A DNA stretch of 64,000 bases from assembly GCA_965601925.1 (NCBI GenBank), contig OZ271854.1:3168001-3232000 (forward strand), read 5' to 3'. Source of the stretch: Alkalispirochaeta sp. Its GTDB lineage: Bacteria; Spirochaetota; Spirochaetia; DSM-27196; Alkalispirochaetaceae. A program made the translations under genes and the position numbers. Below, one piece after another: positions 1 to 10,506 of the stretch (within the stretch, counting starts at the first letter, position 1; each line of letters starts with the position of its first letter). The notes under the pieces are model-generated. The model worked only from the letters and a program-made list of their open reading frames with translations, made no database searches and had not been told where the DNA came from.

Positions 1-1434
1 CGCCGTGTTTTCCATGCGGCGCGCCCGCTCCACGTATTCCGGGACGGGACCGCCGCCGCCGTCTCCCACGCCGTAGAGGGTCATGAAGCTCTCGAGTCGA
101 TCTTTCTCGGCAAAACGATTCTGCGCGGCCATGAGACCGGTGGGGCGCATCGGGCTGTTGTACGAGTCCTCGGGCGGAAAGTGCGCCAACACCGCGCTCC
201 CGTCGATCCCCCGCCACCAAAAGGTATGGTACGGAAAACGGTTGAACTGGCTCCAGGAGATCTTCTGGGTGAGAAATGAGTCGATCCCCGCCTTGCGCAT
301 AATCTGGGGGAGCGCCGCGGAATAGCCGAACACGTCGGGAAGCCACACGTTTTTCACCTCCACGCCGAACTCGCGCATGAAAAATGCCTTGCCGTGCATG
401 ATCTGGCGTACGAGTGATTCGCCGTCCACGAGGTTACAGTCCGCCTCGACCCACATACCCCCCTGGACCTCCCAGCGCCCCGAGGCTACGTGCCGGCGAA
501 TTTCATCGAAGAGGGCGGGGTAGTGATCCTTGACATACCGGTAGTGCTGGGGCTGCGAGGCGCCGAAGATGTACTCCGGATAGCGTTCGATCAACCGCAA
601 TTGGTTGGCGAAGGTGCGGGCGCATTTGCGCACCGTCTCGCGCGTGGGCCACAGCCACGCCGTATCGATGTGGGCGTGGCCCGTCGCGACCGTGGATAGG
701 GCCGAGGCCTCGGCCGGCTCCGCCAAAAGCGGTGCCAGGCGAGCACGGGCGCGTTCCACATTGATACGTTCATCGCGGTAGAGGTCCGCCGCCTCGCTCA
801 GGGCGAGAAGGATGCGCGCTCGCCGGACCGACTCCCCGGGAAGCGCCTTCGCAAGATCGAGGAGCACATCAACGTCGAGGAACAAGTGCCAACTCGCCTC
901 ACAGAAGAGTCCCAAGCGGGCGGTGGTCACGACGGCGCGAAAGGTGCCGTGGCGCTCCGGGTCGTCGTGGGCGGGATCGGCGGGGCGAGATATACCGGTA
1001 ATGGCGTTTGCCGCCGCCTCGATCCAGAGCTCCACCGACCTTCCCCCTACGGCGCGTTCTTCCAAGAGGACTCGCGTCTTCACGAAGTTGGGGTCGTAGA
1101 TAGAACCACCGGAGAAGGCCTCTCTGGGCGTCCCATCATCGTTAAAGAGGAGTGCTTCGCCGCCGAGATCGATGAGCGCGACCATCGGTTTCCCGTCCCA
1201 TCCTTCGGGGACGGCGGCTCGGCAACGGAACCATGCGCTCTGCCAGGCCATTCCCCATAGGTCCCCCTCGGCGATGGGACGCTGTCCGTCGGCGCGCTCG
1301 CTCCACGGAACGATACGGTCGGTCACCGATGCGGTGAGCTCAAAGGGAACGGTCTCTATGATCGTCGCCGACCGTATGCGTTCGACGAGTCGTTCGATAC
1401 GGCGAATGGTCAATGTTTCTCGATGCTGGTCCAT
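1..1434 (-). CDS. GH38 alpha-mannosidase (5' part; runs off the left edge)
   Basis: Not in the ORF track. Manual translation from ATG at 1434 (RBS GAGGAG upstream) gives MDQHRETLTIRRIERL...GHAHIDTAWLWP...GGMWVEADCNLVDGESLVRQ...WLPDVFGYSAALPQI...FWWRGIDGS...YGVGDGGGGP, the typical GH38 N-terminal motifs. Confidence 0.92.
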   Translation of the reverse strand, partial: MDQHRETLTIRRIERLVERIRSATIIETVPFELTASVTDRIVPWSERADGQRPIAEGDLWGMAWQSAWFRCRAAVPEGWDGKPMVALIDLGGEALLFNDDGTPREAFSGGSIYDPNFVKTRVLLEERAVGGRSVELWIEAAANAITGISRPADPAHDDPERHGTFRAVVTTARLGLFCEASWHLFLDVDVLLDLAKALPGESVRRARILLALSEAADLYRDERINVERARARLAPLLAEPAEASALSTVATGHAHIDTAWLWPTRETVRKCARTFANQLRLIERYPEYIFGASQPQHYRYVKDHYPALFDEIRRHVASGRWEVQGGMWVEADCNLVDGESLVRQIMHGKAFFMREFGVEVKNVWLPDVFGYSAALPQIMRKAGIDSFLTQKISWSQFNRFPYHTFWWRGIDGSAVLAHFPPEDSYNSPMRPTGLMAAQNRFAEKDRLESFMTLYGVGDGGGGPVPEYVERARRMENTA

Positions 1435-1588
1435 AGGTTGCTCCTCTTGGAGCACACGATACTACGAAACGGCGTCGTGTAAAGAGTGCGTACCGGGCGT
1501 TCCGAGTCGTTGATGTGGTATCCGGCGATACACCGGCAACCTCGATCGTGCGTCGACGGCCGCCGATTCTCCGCGTACGCCGATGCAC

Positions 1589-2329
1589 TCAGTCGATAAA
1601 GGCGCCGCCGTTGAGATCCAGAATTTCGCCGGTGATGAAGGACGCACCGTCGCCGGCCAAGAAGAGTGCCGCCTCGGCTACCTCCTCGGGACGAGCCAAT
1701 CGGCCCAAGGGAATAGAGGCGATCACGGCACGGCGTTTCTCTTCCGACCATTCGGCGCTCATCTCCGTCTCTACGGCGTGGGGTGCGACGGCGTTTACCG
1801 TGATTCCGTACTCCGCGAGTTGACGCGCCAGGGACTTGGTCAGCGTGTTGACCGCGCCTTTCGAGGTACCGTAGACCGGCGCGGCGGTCAAATCACCGGT
1901 TTTGCCGGCGATGGACGTGATATTGACGATTCTACCGTAACGCCGGGGTATCATCGACCGTACCGCCGCCTTGCAACAGTTGAACGTCCCGGTCACGTTG
2001 ACCTCCATCACCGTTTTCCATTGATCATGCGTCAGCGTTTCAATCGTGCCGCGGGCGATTATCCCCGCGTTGTTGACCAATATATCGATCGCTCCCGCCT
2101 CGTCGACCACGTGTTGAAACGCCTCGTCTACGGCGTGATGGTCCGTTATATCAAGCGGAAGTGCGTGCGCCGTTCCTCCCGCCTTCGTGACGGCCCGCGC
2201 CGTCTCGGTAGCGTCCGCCGTATCCACGAGTACGACCGCGGCGCCCGCCCGCGCAAATCGGAGCGCCACCGCGCGGCCGATACCCCGCGCGGAGCCGGTA
2301 ACGATCGCCGTTTTGTTATGTAGTTCCAT
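1589..2329 (-). CDS. Short-chain dehydrogenase/reductase (FabG-like)
   Basis: TGSARGIG, NNAG, YGTSK and VNAVAP motifs; start taken at MELHNK. Confidence 0.9.
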   Translation of the reverse strand: MELHNKTAIVTGSARGIGRAVALRFARAGAAVVLVDTADATETARAVTKAGGTAHALPLDITDHHAVDEAFQHVVDEAGAIDILVNNAGIIARGTIETLTHDQWKTVMEVNVTGTFNCCKAAVRSMIPRRYGRIVNITSIAGKTGDLTAAPVYGTSKGAVNTLTKSLARQLAEYGITVNAVAPHAVETEMSAEWSEEKRRAVIASIPLGRLARPEEVAEAALFLAGDGASFITGEILDLNGGAFID

Positions 2330-2360
2330 GTGGATACTCCCTCCGAACCCTCTGAAGGGC

Positions 2361-3644
2361 CTAAAAACCGTACAAAAGGCGCGGAACAAACAGTACGAGT
2401 CCCGGCAGGTAGACCAGAACGGCTATCTGTAGAACCACGACGATGAAAAAAACCGTCGACTCGCGTATGTAGTCGCGCGTGGAACACTCCATGATCGAAC
2501 AGACCGTGTACATCGAGATGCCGACCGGCGGTGTCAGAAGCCCGGTGGTGATGATAGTGCACATGATGAGGCCGAAGTGCACCGGATCGACTCCCAACGA
2601 TTCGACTAACGGCAGGAGGATCGGTGTGAGGAGCAGGATCGCCACCGATCCCTCCATCACCATCCCCACGGCGATCAGAAAGGCGATAATCAACAGTAGT
2701 ACGACGTTGGGATCGGTCGAGATTCCCGTGATGAGGCCCGTCAGGCGCTGGGGAACGCGCTCCACCGGTATACCGTAGCCGAAGATACCGGACAGGGCGA
2801 TGATGAACATCACCGCCCCGATATCGCGAACCGTGATGTTCAAAGTCTCGACCAGTTTTCGCCAGGTCAACTCGCGATAGATGAACACGCCTACGAACAC
2901 CGCATAGACGCAGGCGAACGCTCCCACCTCCGAGGGTGTAAAGAGCCCGAAACGAATCCCGACGAGGAGCAAAATGGGAAAGATCAGCGCCCACACCGTC
3001 TCCCCGAGGGATGAAAACACCTCGCGAAACGAGGCGCGCGTATCTCTTACCGGGCGATATCCCCTCATGCCGGCGGTAATGCGTACAGCGGTCATCAGGA
3101 TGATCATCATGATGAACCCGACCATCAATCCGGCGGCAAAGAGGCGTCCGATCGAGACCTCTCCGACGGTGCCGTAGATGATGATACCGATCCCCGGCGG
3201 AATGGTCGCGGTGATGAGGGAGGTAAATCCGATCACACCGGCGGTGTACCCCTTTGAGTACCCCTGCTTGACCATGTCGGGGCCGAGAATGCGCGCCTCC
3301 ATCGCCGCATCGGCGGTTGCCGAGCCCGACACGCCGCCCATTAAGGTGCTCAACACCACCGAGACCTGCGCCAATCCGCCGCGCATGTGCCCCGTGAGGA
3401 GCGTTGCCAGCTTGATCAAGCGCTCGGTGATACCCGTCGCGTTCATGAGATTGCCCGCGAAAATGAAAAGCGGTATCGCGATCAGCGGTACGGTCTGCGT
3501 CTGAGACACCGGCAACTGAGCGAGCATCGTCAGCGGGAGCTCCGGGTTCTGCAGGAAGAAGAGCGCTCCCGAGATACCGATTGCGAAAGCGACCGGCATG
3601 CCGACCGCCAGGAGAATCAGAAATACGATGAAAACAATCAGCAT
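2361..3644 (-). CDS. dctM: TRAP transporter large permease
   Basis: Hydrophobic 427 aa protein with AIPLFIFAGNLM, GGVSGSATAD, IPPGI and GLLTPPVG motifs. Confidence 0.93.
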   Translation of the reverse strand: MLIVFIVFLILLAVGMPVAFAIGISGALFFLQNPELPLTMLAQLPVSQTQTVPLIAIPLFIFAGNLMNATGITERLIKLATLLTGHMRGGLAQVSVVLSTLMGGVSGSATADAAMEARILGPDMVKQGYSKGYTAGVIGFTSLITATIPPGIGIIIYGTVGEVSIGRLFAAGLMVGFIMMIILMTAVRITAGMRGYRPVRDTRASFREVFSSLGETVWALIFPILLLVGIRFGLFTPSEVGAFACVYAVFVGVFIYRELTWRKLVETLNITVRDIGAVMFIIALSGIFGYGIPVERVPQRLTGLITGISTDPNVVLLLIIAFLIAVGMVMEGSVAILLLTPILLPLVESLGVDPVHFGLIMCTIITTGLLTPPVGISMYTVCSIMECSTRDYIRESTVFFIVVVLQIAVLVYLPGLVLFVPRLLYGF

Positions 3645-3658
3645 CGACCCACTCGTAT

Positions 3659-4138
3659 TTACCGTGAGGGTTGCGACGGCTGTCGTAGGAGAGCGACGAG
3701 CTTACCGACCGTGGTCATTGCGAGCATCGCGGCACCGACCGGTAGACTCAGAGTAACCCACGAGTAACTCACCGACGGAATCCCCTGGAACGAGCGTTGA
3801 CGCGTCCTATAGGCCAGTATGAATCCCAAAATGATCAGCGAAACCAAAAAAACCAGGATCAGCACGTGGAGAATCACGTTGACGACCCTCGCGGGGTGCG
3901 GCGGAAGGCGTTGGACGATCACATCGACACTAACCAGTCTGTCGTCCCGAAACGCTACATCGGCGGCGAGAAATGTCGCCCAGGCAAAGAGGAACAACGA
4001 GATATCGAGCGACCAGTTGATCGGTCGCGACACGGTACGCGCGATTGCGGCGACGACGATAAGTATCGTCGAGGCGGCTAAACACACCGACGCCAGCGCC
4101 GTTTCGATGTTCGTTATGGATCGTAGAAGTCGGTTCAT
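3659..4138 (-). CDS. dctQ: TRAP transporter small permease
   Basis: About 4 TM helices, 159 aa, between dctP and dctM. Confidence 0.88.
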   Translation of the reverse strand: MNRLLRSITNIETALASVCLAASTILIVVAAIARTVSRPINWSLDISLFLFAWATFLAADVAFRDDRLVSVDVIVQRLPPHPARVVNVILHVLILVFLVSLIILGFILAYRTRQRSFQGIPSVSYSWVTLSLPVGAAMLAMTTVGKLVALLRQPSQPSR

Positions 4139-4178
4139 TCGCGGTGCTCTCCCTGGGCGGCGATGTACATTGACGCGT

Positions 4179-4218
4179 CGTACGACCGCCCGCCTCTGCG
4201 AGCCGCGGCGGTCGTACG
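4179..4218. terminator. Stem-loop after dctP (mRNA stabiliser/attenuator)
   Basis: CGTACGACCGCC (4179-4190) pairs with GGCGGTCGTACG (4207-4218). Confidence 0.55.
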
Positions 4219-4229
4219 GGTAGCGACAC

Positions 4230-5231
4230 CTACTTTCCCAACTCGGCGAAAATCCGGTTGCGTACGTCCAAGAGTCCCAACGCCTCGTACGCTTGGACCG
4301 AGGCGGCTTTGAAGGCGTCGATGTCGATCTCTCCGTGCGGGACGATCGTCATACCGGCCTCCGTCAAGCTCTCCTGCGCCTCCTCGGCGAGGCGACCCAT
4401 GATTTCGCGTGAGACCGCGAGCCCTGCGCGCTCGGCTTCTTCAACCAAGATCTCTCGATACTCCTCAGGCAGCGCGTTAAACCACGTAGCGCTCACGATC
4501 TGGAAGTTGATGAGCATAATGTGCTGCGTCTCGTTCAGATAGTCCAACACCTCGTACATGCGCGTGCTGTAGGTCGCGGGGTACACGTTGCCCGCGCCGT
4601 CCACCACACGGGTTTGCACGCCCGTGTACACCTCGCCGTAGTTGAGCGCTACCGGTGTCGCACCGAGGGAGCGAATCGATTCCATCCAAATCGGGGCGTT
4701 CGGCGAGCGGATCCGCAGGCCCTCGACGTCGGCCGGGGCGTATATGGGCTGATTGGTCAGAAGATTGCGAAAGCCTTGTACCCAACTGAAAGAGAGCACC
4801 TTGATGCCGTACTCCTCCTCGAGCTCTTCCAGCCACGCTTGAACGGTCGGCAGAGTGTTCAAGCGCTGCACCTCCTCAAGCGAGTCCGCGAAGTAGGGAC
4901 CGTTCATGACCGCAATATCGGGAACGTAGTTGCCCAATCTCGCCGAGTCGGTGTTCTGGCCGATGTTCGCGCCCTGGCGAATCTGCTCGATGATATCCTC
5001 TTCCACTCCCAACTGAGCGCTGTGAAAGACCTCGATCCGGAGATTCCCGTCCGTTCGCTCGGCAACGGCGTCCGCCCAGCTCAGAAACGCGGCGTGATAC
5101 GGATCCCGATCGGTGAGGACGTGGTTGAAGCGCAGCACATACTGTTGCGGCCCCTCCTCCTGCCCTCCACCGGCAAATGCTGAGGTGAGCGTAACCACCG
5201 TCAACAGCGCAATCAGCGTTACCTTGTTCAT
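4230..5231 (-). CDS. dctP: TRAP solute-binding protein
   Basis: Signal peptide MNKVTL...AFAGGGQE; FHSAQLG, GLRIRSP (conserved Arg) and EVYTGVQTRVVDG; RBS AAGGAGGAG. Confidence 0.92.
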   Translation of the reverse strand: MNKVTLIALLTVVTLTSAFAGGGQEEGPQQYVLRFNHVLTDRDPYHAAFLSWADAVAERTDGNLRIEVFHSAQLGVEEDIIEQIRQGANIGQNTDSARLGNYVPDIAVMNGPYFADSLEEVQRLNTLPTVQAWLEELEEEYGIKVLSFSWVQGFRNLLTNQPIYAPADVEGLRIRSPNAPIWMESIRSLGATPVALNYGEVYTGVQTRVVDGAGNVYPATYSTRMYEVLDYLNETQHIMLINFQIVSATWFNALPEEYREILVEEAERAGLAVSREIMGRLAEEAQESLTEAGMTIVPHGEIDIDAFKAASVQAYEALGLLDVRNRIFAELGK

Positions 5232-5244
5232 GGACTCCTCCTTT

Positions 5245-5297
5245 AACTGATATATCAGTTTTGAGAATATCGTAGTCCCCCTCATGCCATATGTCAA
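5245..5297 (-). promoter_or_regulatory. Sigma70-type promoter of the dctP operon with GntR-type palindromic operator(s)
   Basis: Minus strand TTGACA-17-TACGAT (5297-5269); perfect palindrome AACTGATATATCAGTT at 5245-5260; related TGCCATATGTCA at 5285-5296. Confidence 0.7.
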
Positions 5298-5443
5298 CAA
5301 TAAGGTTTTCTCGCCCGTCGATGGATCGCGCAACCGGATCGCGACGACCGGTCGATACTCGGCTTCGGTACCGCTTCTACCCCTCGGCCGAGTTGAAAGA
5401 CCGACGCTTGTGTCCTTCGCCGGTGTTCCCGTATACTTTTTTC

Positions 5444-6163
5444 GTGGCACGCCGCGCTATCGAGCCGGTACGATCGCTTCTCGACGCCTCCGCGGATCGG
5501 ACGCTCAGCGACCAGGTATATGAGTATCTGGTGGAAGGTATTATTCGAGGGGAGATCGTCTACGGCCAGACGCTCAACATTAAACGCATCGCGGAGCAAC
5601 TGCAGGTGAGTAGTATGCCCATACGCGATGCGATTAAGCGGCTTGAGCAGGAGAACATGGTCGTCATAAAGCCTCGCAGCAACTGCAAGGTGCGCGTTCC
5701 AACCAAGCGCGACACCCTGGACGCGATCGACGCGCGGCGAATGATCGAGTTGGCCGCCGTCGAATCGATCTACGCGTCGATCGTCCCGGCGCGTCTCATT
5801 CCGTTGGAGACCATTCTCAACGCCATGCGCGGCGTCGTCGAGGCGGCGGCCGAGTGTGAGGAGCCCGAGCGGCCGGCGGCGTACATCGAGCTGGATCGCC
5901 GTTTCCACACCGAACTATGCTCATTGGCCGCCAACGCCTACCTCGATCGCTTTTACCGCCAAATCGCGATGCACCTCAGCATGAGCTTTCGCTACGGCGT
6001 CGGCACGTGCCACGGCGTAGCGGCCACATTTGAGGAGCACGAGGCGATTGTGGCTTACCTTCGAGAGAACTCGCCGCAAGTCCTCGGCGTTCTGGATCGA
6101 CACCTTGCCCTCAGTCGAGGCAATATCATCGAAGAGTGGGCCTTCAGACAGCTGCCGGACTAA
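5444..6163 (+). CDS. GntR/FadR-family regulator (FCD domain)
   Basis: TLSDQVYEYL...IAEQLQVSSMPIRDAIKRLEQE wHTH; DRRFH and EEHEAI FCD motifs. Start uncertain. Confidence 0.88.
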   Translation: MARRAIEPVRSLLDASADRTLSDQVYEYLVEGIIRGEIVYGQTLNIKRIAEQLQVSSMPIRDAIKRLEQENMVVIKPRSNCKVRVPTKRDTLDAIDARRMIELAAVESIYASIVPARLIPLETILNAMRGVVEAAAECEEPERPAAYIELDRRFHTELCSLAANAYLDRFYRQIAMHLSMSFRYGVGTCHGVAATFEEHEAIVAYLRENSPQVLGVLDRHLALSRGNIIEEWAFRQLPD

Positions 6164-6316
6164 CGCAGCCCCGTCGGAGGACGGTTCTACGGCGCCCGTT
6201 TCGGCCCCACGCACCGTTCTCGGGGACGATTCGTGTCGTCGCGTCGTCGACGATGGAAGGGGCCGATGCGCCGAGGACCGTGCGTCCCCGGCGTATCGGT
6301 ACGACGCGCGGAGAGA

Positions 6317-7399
6317 TCAGCCCTTCGTACGGGCGAACTCACCCATAAACGCGGTGAGCGCCTCTACGCCGGCAAGGCTCATGGCGTTGTAGATCGAGGC
6401 GCGGCAGCCGCCCACGTCGCGGTGACCCTTAAGGCCGAGCATATCAACGCTCTTGGCTTCAGCGATAAACTCCTTCTCCAACTCCTCGGTGGGGAGTCGA
6501 AAGACGACGTTCATGTCCGAACGGACGGCCCTTTCCACGGGACACGAATAGAAGCCGCCGCTCTCGTCGATCGCTCTGTAGAGCGCCGCGGATTTCTCGG
6601 CGTTGAGCTTCTCGATTCCCTCGACTCCGCCTTTGCCCTTGAGCCACTTCAGAACCTTGTTGACCGCGTATATCGAGAAGACCGGCGGCGTATTGTACAG
6701 GGAATCCTTGTCGGCGTGGGTCTTGTAGCGCAAGTACGCGGGCAGTTTCTCGCGGACGCCCTCGGCCAGGTCCTCACGGATTACCACAACCGTAACGCCG
6801 GACGGGCCGATGTTCTTCTGCGCCCCAGCGTAGATGATGCCGAAGTCGGCGATATTTACCGGCCGGCTTAAGATATCGGAAGACATGTCGGCCACAAGCG
6901 GCACCGACCCGGTCTTGGGAAAGCCCTTCCATTGGATGCCGCCGATGGTCTCGTTGGACGTGACGTGAACGTACGCCGAGTCCGCTTGCGGTTTGATTGT
7001 GGCGGGATCGGGTAGGGTAGTGAACTTCGTATCGCTTCCGTCCCACATCAACCGCGCACTGCCGACCTTCTTAGCGTCGCCGAAAGCCTTCTTTGCCCAC
7101 GCTCCGCTCAAAGTATAGTCCGCGGTCTTCCCTTCGGCGAGGAGGTTCAGCGGAACCATCCCGAACTGGAGCGTCGCTCCGCCGCCCACAAAGAGCACCT
7201 TGTAGTTCTCCGGGATGTGCAACAATTCGCGAAAGAGCGCGACCGTCTCGGTATGCACCGCGTCGTACATCGGGCTACGGTGGCTCGTCTCGATCATCGA
7301 GAGTCCCTCGCCGTTGTAGTCTACCAACTCGCCCCTGAGTTCCTCCAACACCTCGACCGGAAGCGTCGAGGGACCGGCATAGAAGTTGTATTTTCTCAC
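6317..7399 (-). CDS. serC: Phosphoserine aminotransferase
   Basis: YNFYAGP, SHRS, GGATLQF, SNETIGG, ADMSSD, YAGAQKNIGPSG (PLP Lys), YNTPP and GHRDVGGCRASIYNA. Confidence 0.96.
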   Translation of the reverse strand: MRKYNFYAGPSTLPVEVLEELRGELVDYNGEGLSMIETSHRSPMYDAVHTETVALFRELLHIPENYKVLFVGGGATLQFGMVPLNLLAEGKTADYTLSGAWAKKAFGDAKKVGSARLMWDGSDTKFTTLPDPATIKPQADSAYVHVTSNETIGGIQWKGFPKTGSVPLVADMSSDILSRPVNIADFGIIYAGAQKNIGPSGVTVVVIREDLAEGVREKLPAYLRYKTHADKDSLYNTPPVFSIYAVNKVLKWLKGKGGVEGIEKLNAEKSAALYRAIDESGGFYSCPVERAVRSDMNVVFRLPTEELEKEFIAEAKSVDMLGLKGHRDVGGCRASIYNAMSLAGVEALTAFMGEFARTKG

Positions 7400-7400
7400 G

Positions 7401-8618
7401 TTATTCCTCCATCGCGGTGATGCTGACGCTGTAGATATGGGGACTCGAGCTCTCGATACGCCGTAACGCCGCATCGCTCAAGCCCGTATCGATCTGAATG
7501 TTCGCGCACGCCCCCTCGGCGCCCTTGAAGATGATGTTCTCCATCCGCTCTACATTGATCTTCTCTTCTCGCACTACGTCAAGTACGTCGGCGAGAATTC
7601 CGACCGTGTTTTTGTGACGAATCGAGAGGAGGTATTTGGCCGGCGTCTTGAGCAGCAGGTTAACGCAGTTCGGTACCGTGCCGCCGGCGATATACTCGCT
7701 CACGATACGCACCGTCTCGTCGGCTACCGCCAACTGCGCCTGCTCGGTGGAGGCGCCGATGTGGTGCGTTCCGTAGACCCCGGGCCTCTGCGCCAACTCA
7801 TTCACAAACTCGCCGCTCTTACCCCCCGGTTCGTTATGGAATACGTCCAGTCCCGCCTTGATACCCTTCGTATCGACGGCTTTGATGAGCGCCGCCTCAT
7901 CTACGACTTCCGCGCGAGAGGTGTTGATGAACCACGCCCCGGGTTTCATTGCGGCAAAAAACTCGGTGCCGATCATCTCCCTGGTGTCCGGCGTCATCGC
8001 CAGGTGGACGCTTACGATGTCAACCTCCGTGGCGCACGCCAACGGGGTCTTGCAATGGATCACGCCCAACGCTCCTGCGCGCTCTGTCGTCAGAGAACGG
8101 CTCCACGCATAGACGGTCATTCCGAACGCCTTGGCGCGCGCAACGACCTCCTGTCCGATACGTCCGGTACCGATTATGCCGAGTTTTTTACCGGCGATAC
8201 CGTCCGCTTTGGAGTACTCCGCCTTGTTCCAGACGCCCTTTCTCAGGTCCGCGACGTTCTCGGGGATGCGACGGTCGATGCTCATGATGAGGCCCATGGC
8301 GAGTTCCGCTACCGCGACGGCGTTTTTCCCGGGGCAGTTGGCGACATACACGCTCTTGCGAGACGCGGCGTCGACGTCGATCGTGTTGTATCCCGCCCCG
8401 GCACGAATGATCACCTTAAGTGCCGCGGCGGCGTCGATCATTGCCGCGTTTACTTTGGTTGATCGCACGATCAATACTTCGGGTTGAACTGCTTCGATAC
8501 CGCCGACGAGTTGATCATCTTTCCAACTCGCCTCGTAGGTGACCTCGCACCCCAGGCTCTTCAGCTTCGTTACGGCGGTGTCGGGAAACTTGTCCGCAAT
8601 CAGTACTCGTACCGGCAT
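7401..8618 (-). CDS. serA: D-3-phosphoglycerate dehydrogenase with C-terminal ACT domain
   Basis: RAGAGYNTID, NAVAVAE, GIIGTGRIG, NTSRA and HIGASTEQAQ motifs plus an ACT-like tail; adjacent to serC. Confidence 0.88.
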   Translation of the reverse strand: MPVRVLIADKFPDTAVTKLKSLGCEVTYEASWKDDQLVGGIEAVQPEVLIVRSTKVNAAMIDAAAALKVIIRAGAGYNTIDVDAASRKSVYVANCPGKNAVAVAELAMGLIMSIDRRIPENVADLRKGVWNKAEYSKADGIAGKKLGIIGTGRIGQEVVARAKAFGMTVYAWSRSLTTERAGALGVIHCKTPLACATEVDIVSVHLAMTPDTREMIGTEFFAAMKPGAWFINTSRAEVVDEAALIKAVDTKGIKAGLDVFHNEPGGKSGEFVNELAQRPGVYGTHHIGASTEQAQLAVADETVRIVSEYIAGGTVPNCVNLLLKTPAKYLLSIRHKNTVGILADVLDVVREEKINVERMENIIFKGAEGACANIQIDTGLSDAALRRIESSSPHIYSVSITAMEE

Positions 8619-8875
8619 GGTATTCTCCTCTCTATTTCCAGAACACTTGTATAGCGACGTGATGCGACCCCGGACCGTTCATATCGAGACCGATGCGTGC
8701 GTGCGGTCCGTCTCCTTGTAGACTATCAGAATTTGCGTAACGAGGTCAAATATTTTTTTGCATAATCACAAAAAACTCATGTCAATATAATCATATACAC
8801 ATTATTTAGCGTATTCGCTTGTAATTCACGTCGCACGCGGTTACATTCTTTGCACAATGGCACAACGAGGTCGCG

Positions 8876-9337
8876 ATGTCTTCGAAAGACTTTGAGCTCG
8901 ATAAAACGAGCCTTCTGATCCTTCGCGAGTTGCAGAAGGACGGGCGGGTCTCGTTCCGAACTATCGCCAATAAGTTGGATATCTCCGACGGCACGGTACG
9001 AACGCGGGTCGATCAGATGATGGAGAGCGGATTTCTCAAAATCTCGGCCCTCATCGATCCCTTTTTTTTCAAGAACAGCATCCTCGCTCACATCGGCATG
9101 CAGTTGGAGAGTCGAACGCATCTGGAAACTATGCGTAGGATCGCCGAACTCGATGGGGTGCTGTCGGTCTGCAACACAGCCGGCGAGTACGACCTCTTCG
9201 TCGAGGTCTTTCTCCGATCCCGGGAAGAGCTCAACAGCTTTCTTTTTGAAATTTTACCGGGAATCGACGGTATCAAGAACACCCACACGTGGGTCTATCT
9301 GGACGGCCGCCGCAAGCGCATCGAGGCGCGGATCTGA
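8876..9337 (+). CDS. Lrp/AsnC-family regulator
   Basis: LQKDGRVSFRTIANKLDISDGTVRTRV HTH and GEYDL motif; divergent from serA. Confidence 0.92.
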   Translation: MSSKDFELDKTSLLILRELQKDGRVSFRTIANKLDISDGTVRTRVDQMMESGFLKISALIDPFFFKNSILAHIGMQLESRTHLETMRRIAELDGVLSVCNTAGEYDLFVEVFLRSREELNSFLFEILPGIDGIKNTHTWVYLDGRRKRIEARI

Positions 9338-9429
9338 CAATTCACTGTGAGCTCCCGCCGTCCGTGATACCTTCCGCTCAATGACGACGGGGAGTTCGGA
9401 TCGTCGATCGGCTTCCCGATAGTCTCCGG

Positions 9430-10398
9430 TTACGGTCCGTACAACCGTCTGTACTCGCGCGGCGCCATACCGGTAATTCGCTCAAACAATGCGCGAAAGC
9501 TTCCGATATCATCGTAGCCTATCGCGGCGGCTACGGCGGAGACCGACGCATCGGGGAGAGATTCGAACAACCGTTTCGCCCTCTCGATGCGTACCCGCCT
9601 GATGTACTCGAACGGCGAGTTCCCCGTCGCCGTCCTGAACCGCCGTGTGAAGTTTCGTGTGCTCATGGCGACGCTTTGGGCCAACGCCGTGATCGATCCG
9701 ACGTCGCCGACGTGCTCCTCGATGAACGATTGAGCACGCAATATCGTCGTATCTCCGTGTCTCTTCTGGCCGCTGAAGATGGCGTACGCCGACTGCGGAG
9801 CTTTGGAGCGGTCGATGAGTAGCACGCGCGCCGCCGTCCGCGCCGTCTCCGTTCCGCAGTGCTTTTCCACGAGATATATCGCAAGATTGAGGAATGATGT
9901 CGCACCTCCGGCGGTGATGATGCGACCCTCGTCGACGATGATCGCCTCCGGTTGCAATCGAATCGTCGGAAAACGGAGGCGAAAGCTTCGCTCGAACGCC
10001 CAATGGGTGGTCGCTCGCTTGCCGTCAAGCAGACCGGCCGCGGCCAAGAGAAATGAACCGGTGCAGAACGACGCAACCTCTCCGCCTGCGCGGTAGTGGC
10101 GCCGCAACCAATCGATACATCGATGCTCGTCTCCGATTCGTGACGCCGGATCGCCTTCGAGGGCCGGTACGATAACCAGATCGAGATTCGTCGTCTCTTC
10201 GAGCACGGCGTTACAGTGGAGCGGTAGCCCCGAATCGGTCTCGACGCAAGCCTCCGACACACCGATCAACAGTACTTCGAATGCCGCCTCACCGGTATTC
10301 TCGCGATGTATCGTCGATGCTTTGCGTATGATATCCGCCGGACCGACGGCCGTTAGGGCCGTGCAGCCGTCAAAAACGAGAACGCCGACACTCTTCAC
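9430..10398 (-). CDS. GlxA-type AraC regulator (DJ-1/PfpI + AraC HTH)
   Basis: SFCTGSFLLAAAGLLDGKRATTHW, ITAGG and MSTRNFTRRF motifs plus a C-terminal HTH. Start uncertain (10398 or 10455). Confidence 0.9.
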   Translation of the reverse strand: MKSVGVLVFDGCTALTAVGPADIIRKASTIHRENTGEAAFEVLLIGVSEACVETDSGLPLHCNAVLEETTNLDLVIVPALEGDPASRIGDEHRCIDWLRRHYRAGGEVASFCTGSFLLAAAGLLDGKRATTHWAFERSFRLRFPTIRLQPEAIIVDEGRIITAGGATSFLNLAIYLVEKHCGTETARTAARVLLIDRSKAPQSAYAIFSGQKRHGDTTILRAQSFIEEHVGDVGSITALAQSVAMSTRNFTRRFRTATGNSPFEYIRRVRIERAKRLFESLPDASVSAVAAAIGYDDIGSFRALFERITGMAPREYRRLYGP

Positions 10399-10506
10399 GT
10401 CCTCATTATACCATCGAATGGCCGAATCACCATCGGTGTTTGGCTCGTCGGCCACTCCGTACGACCGCTCTCATCGAGTATTGTTTTCCGTGAAAGGAGT
10501 TGCACG

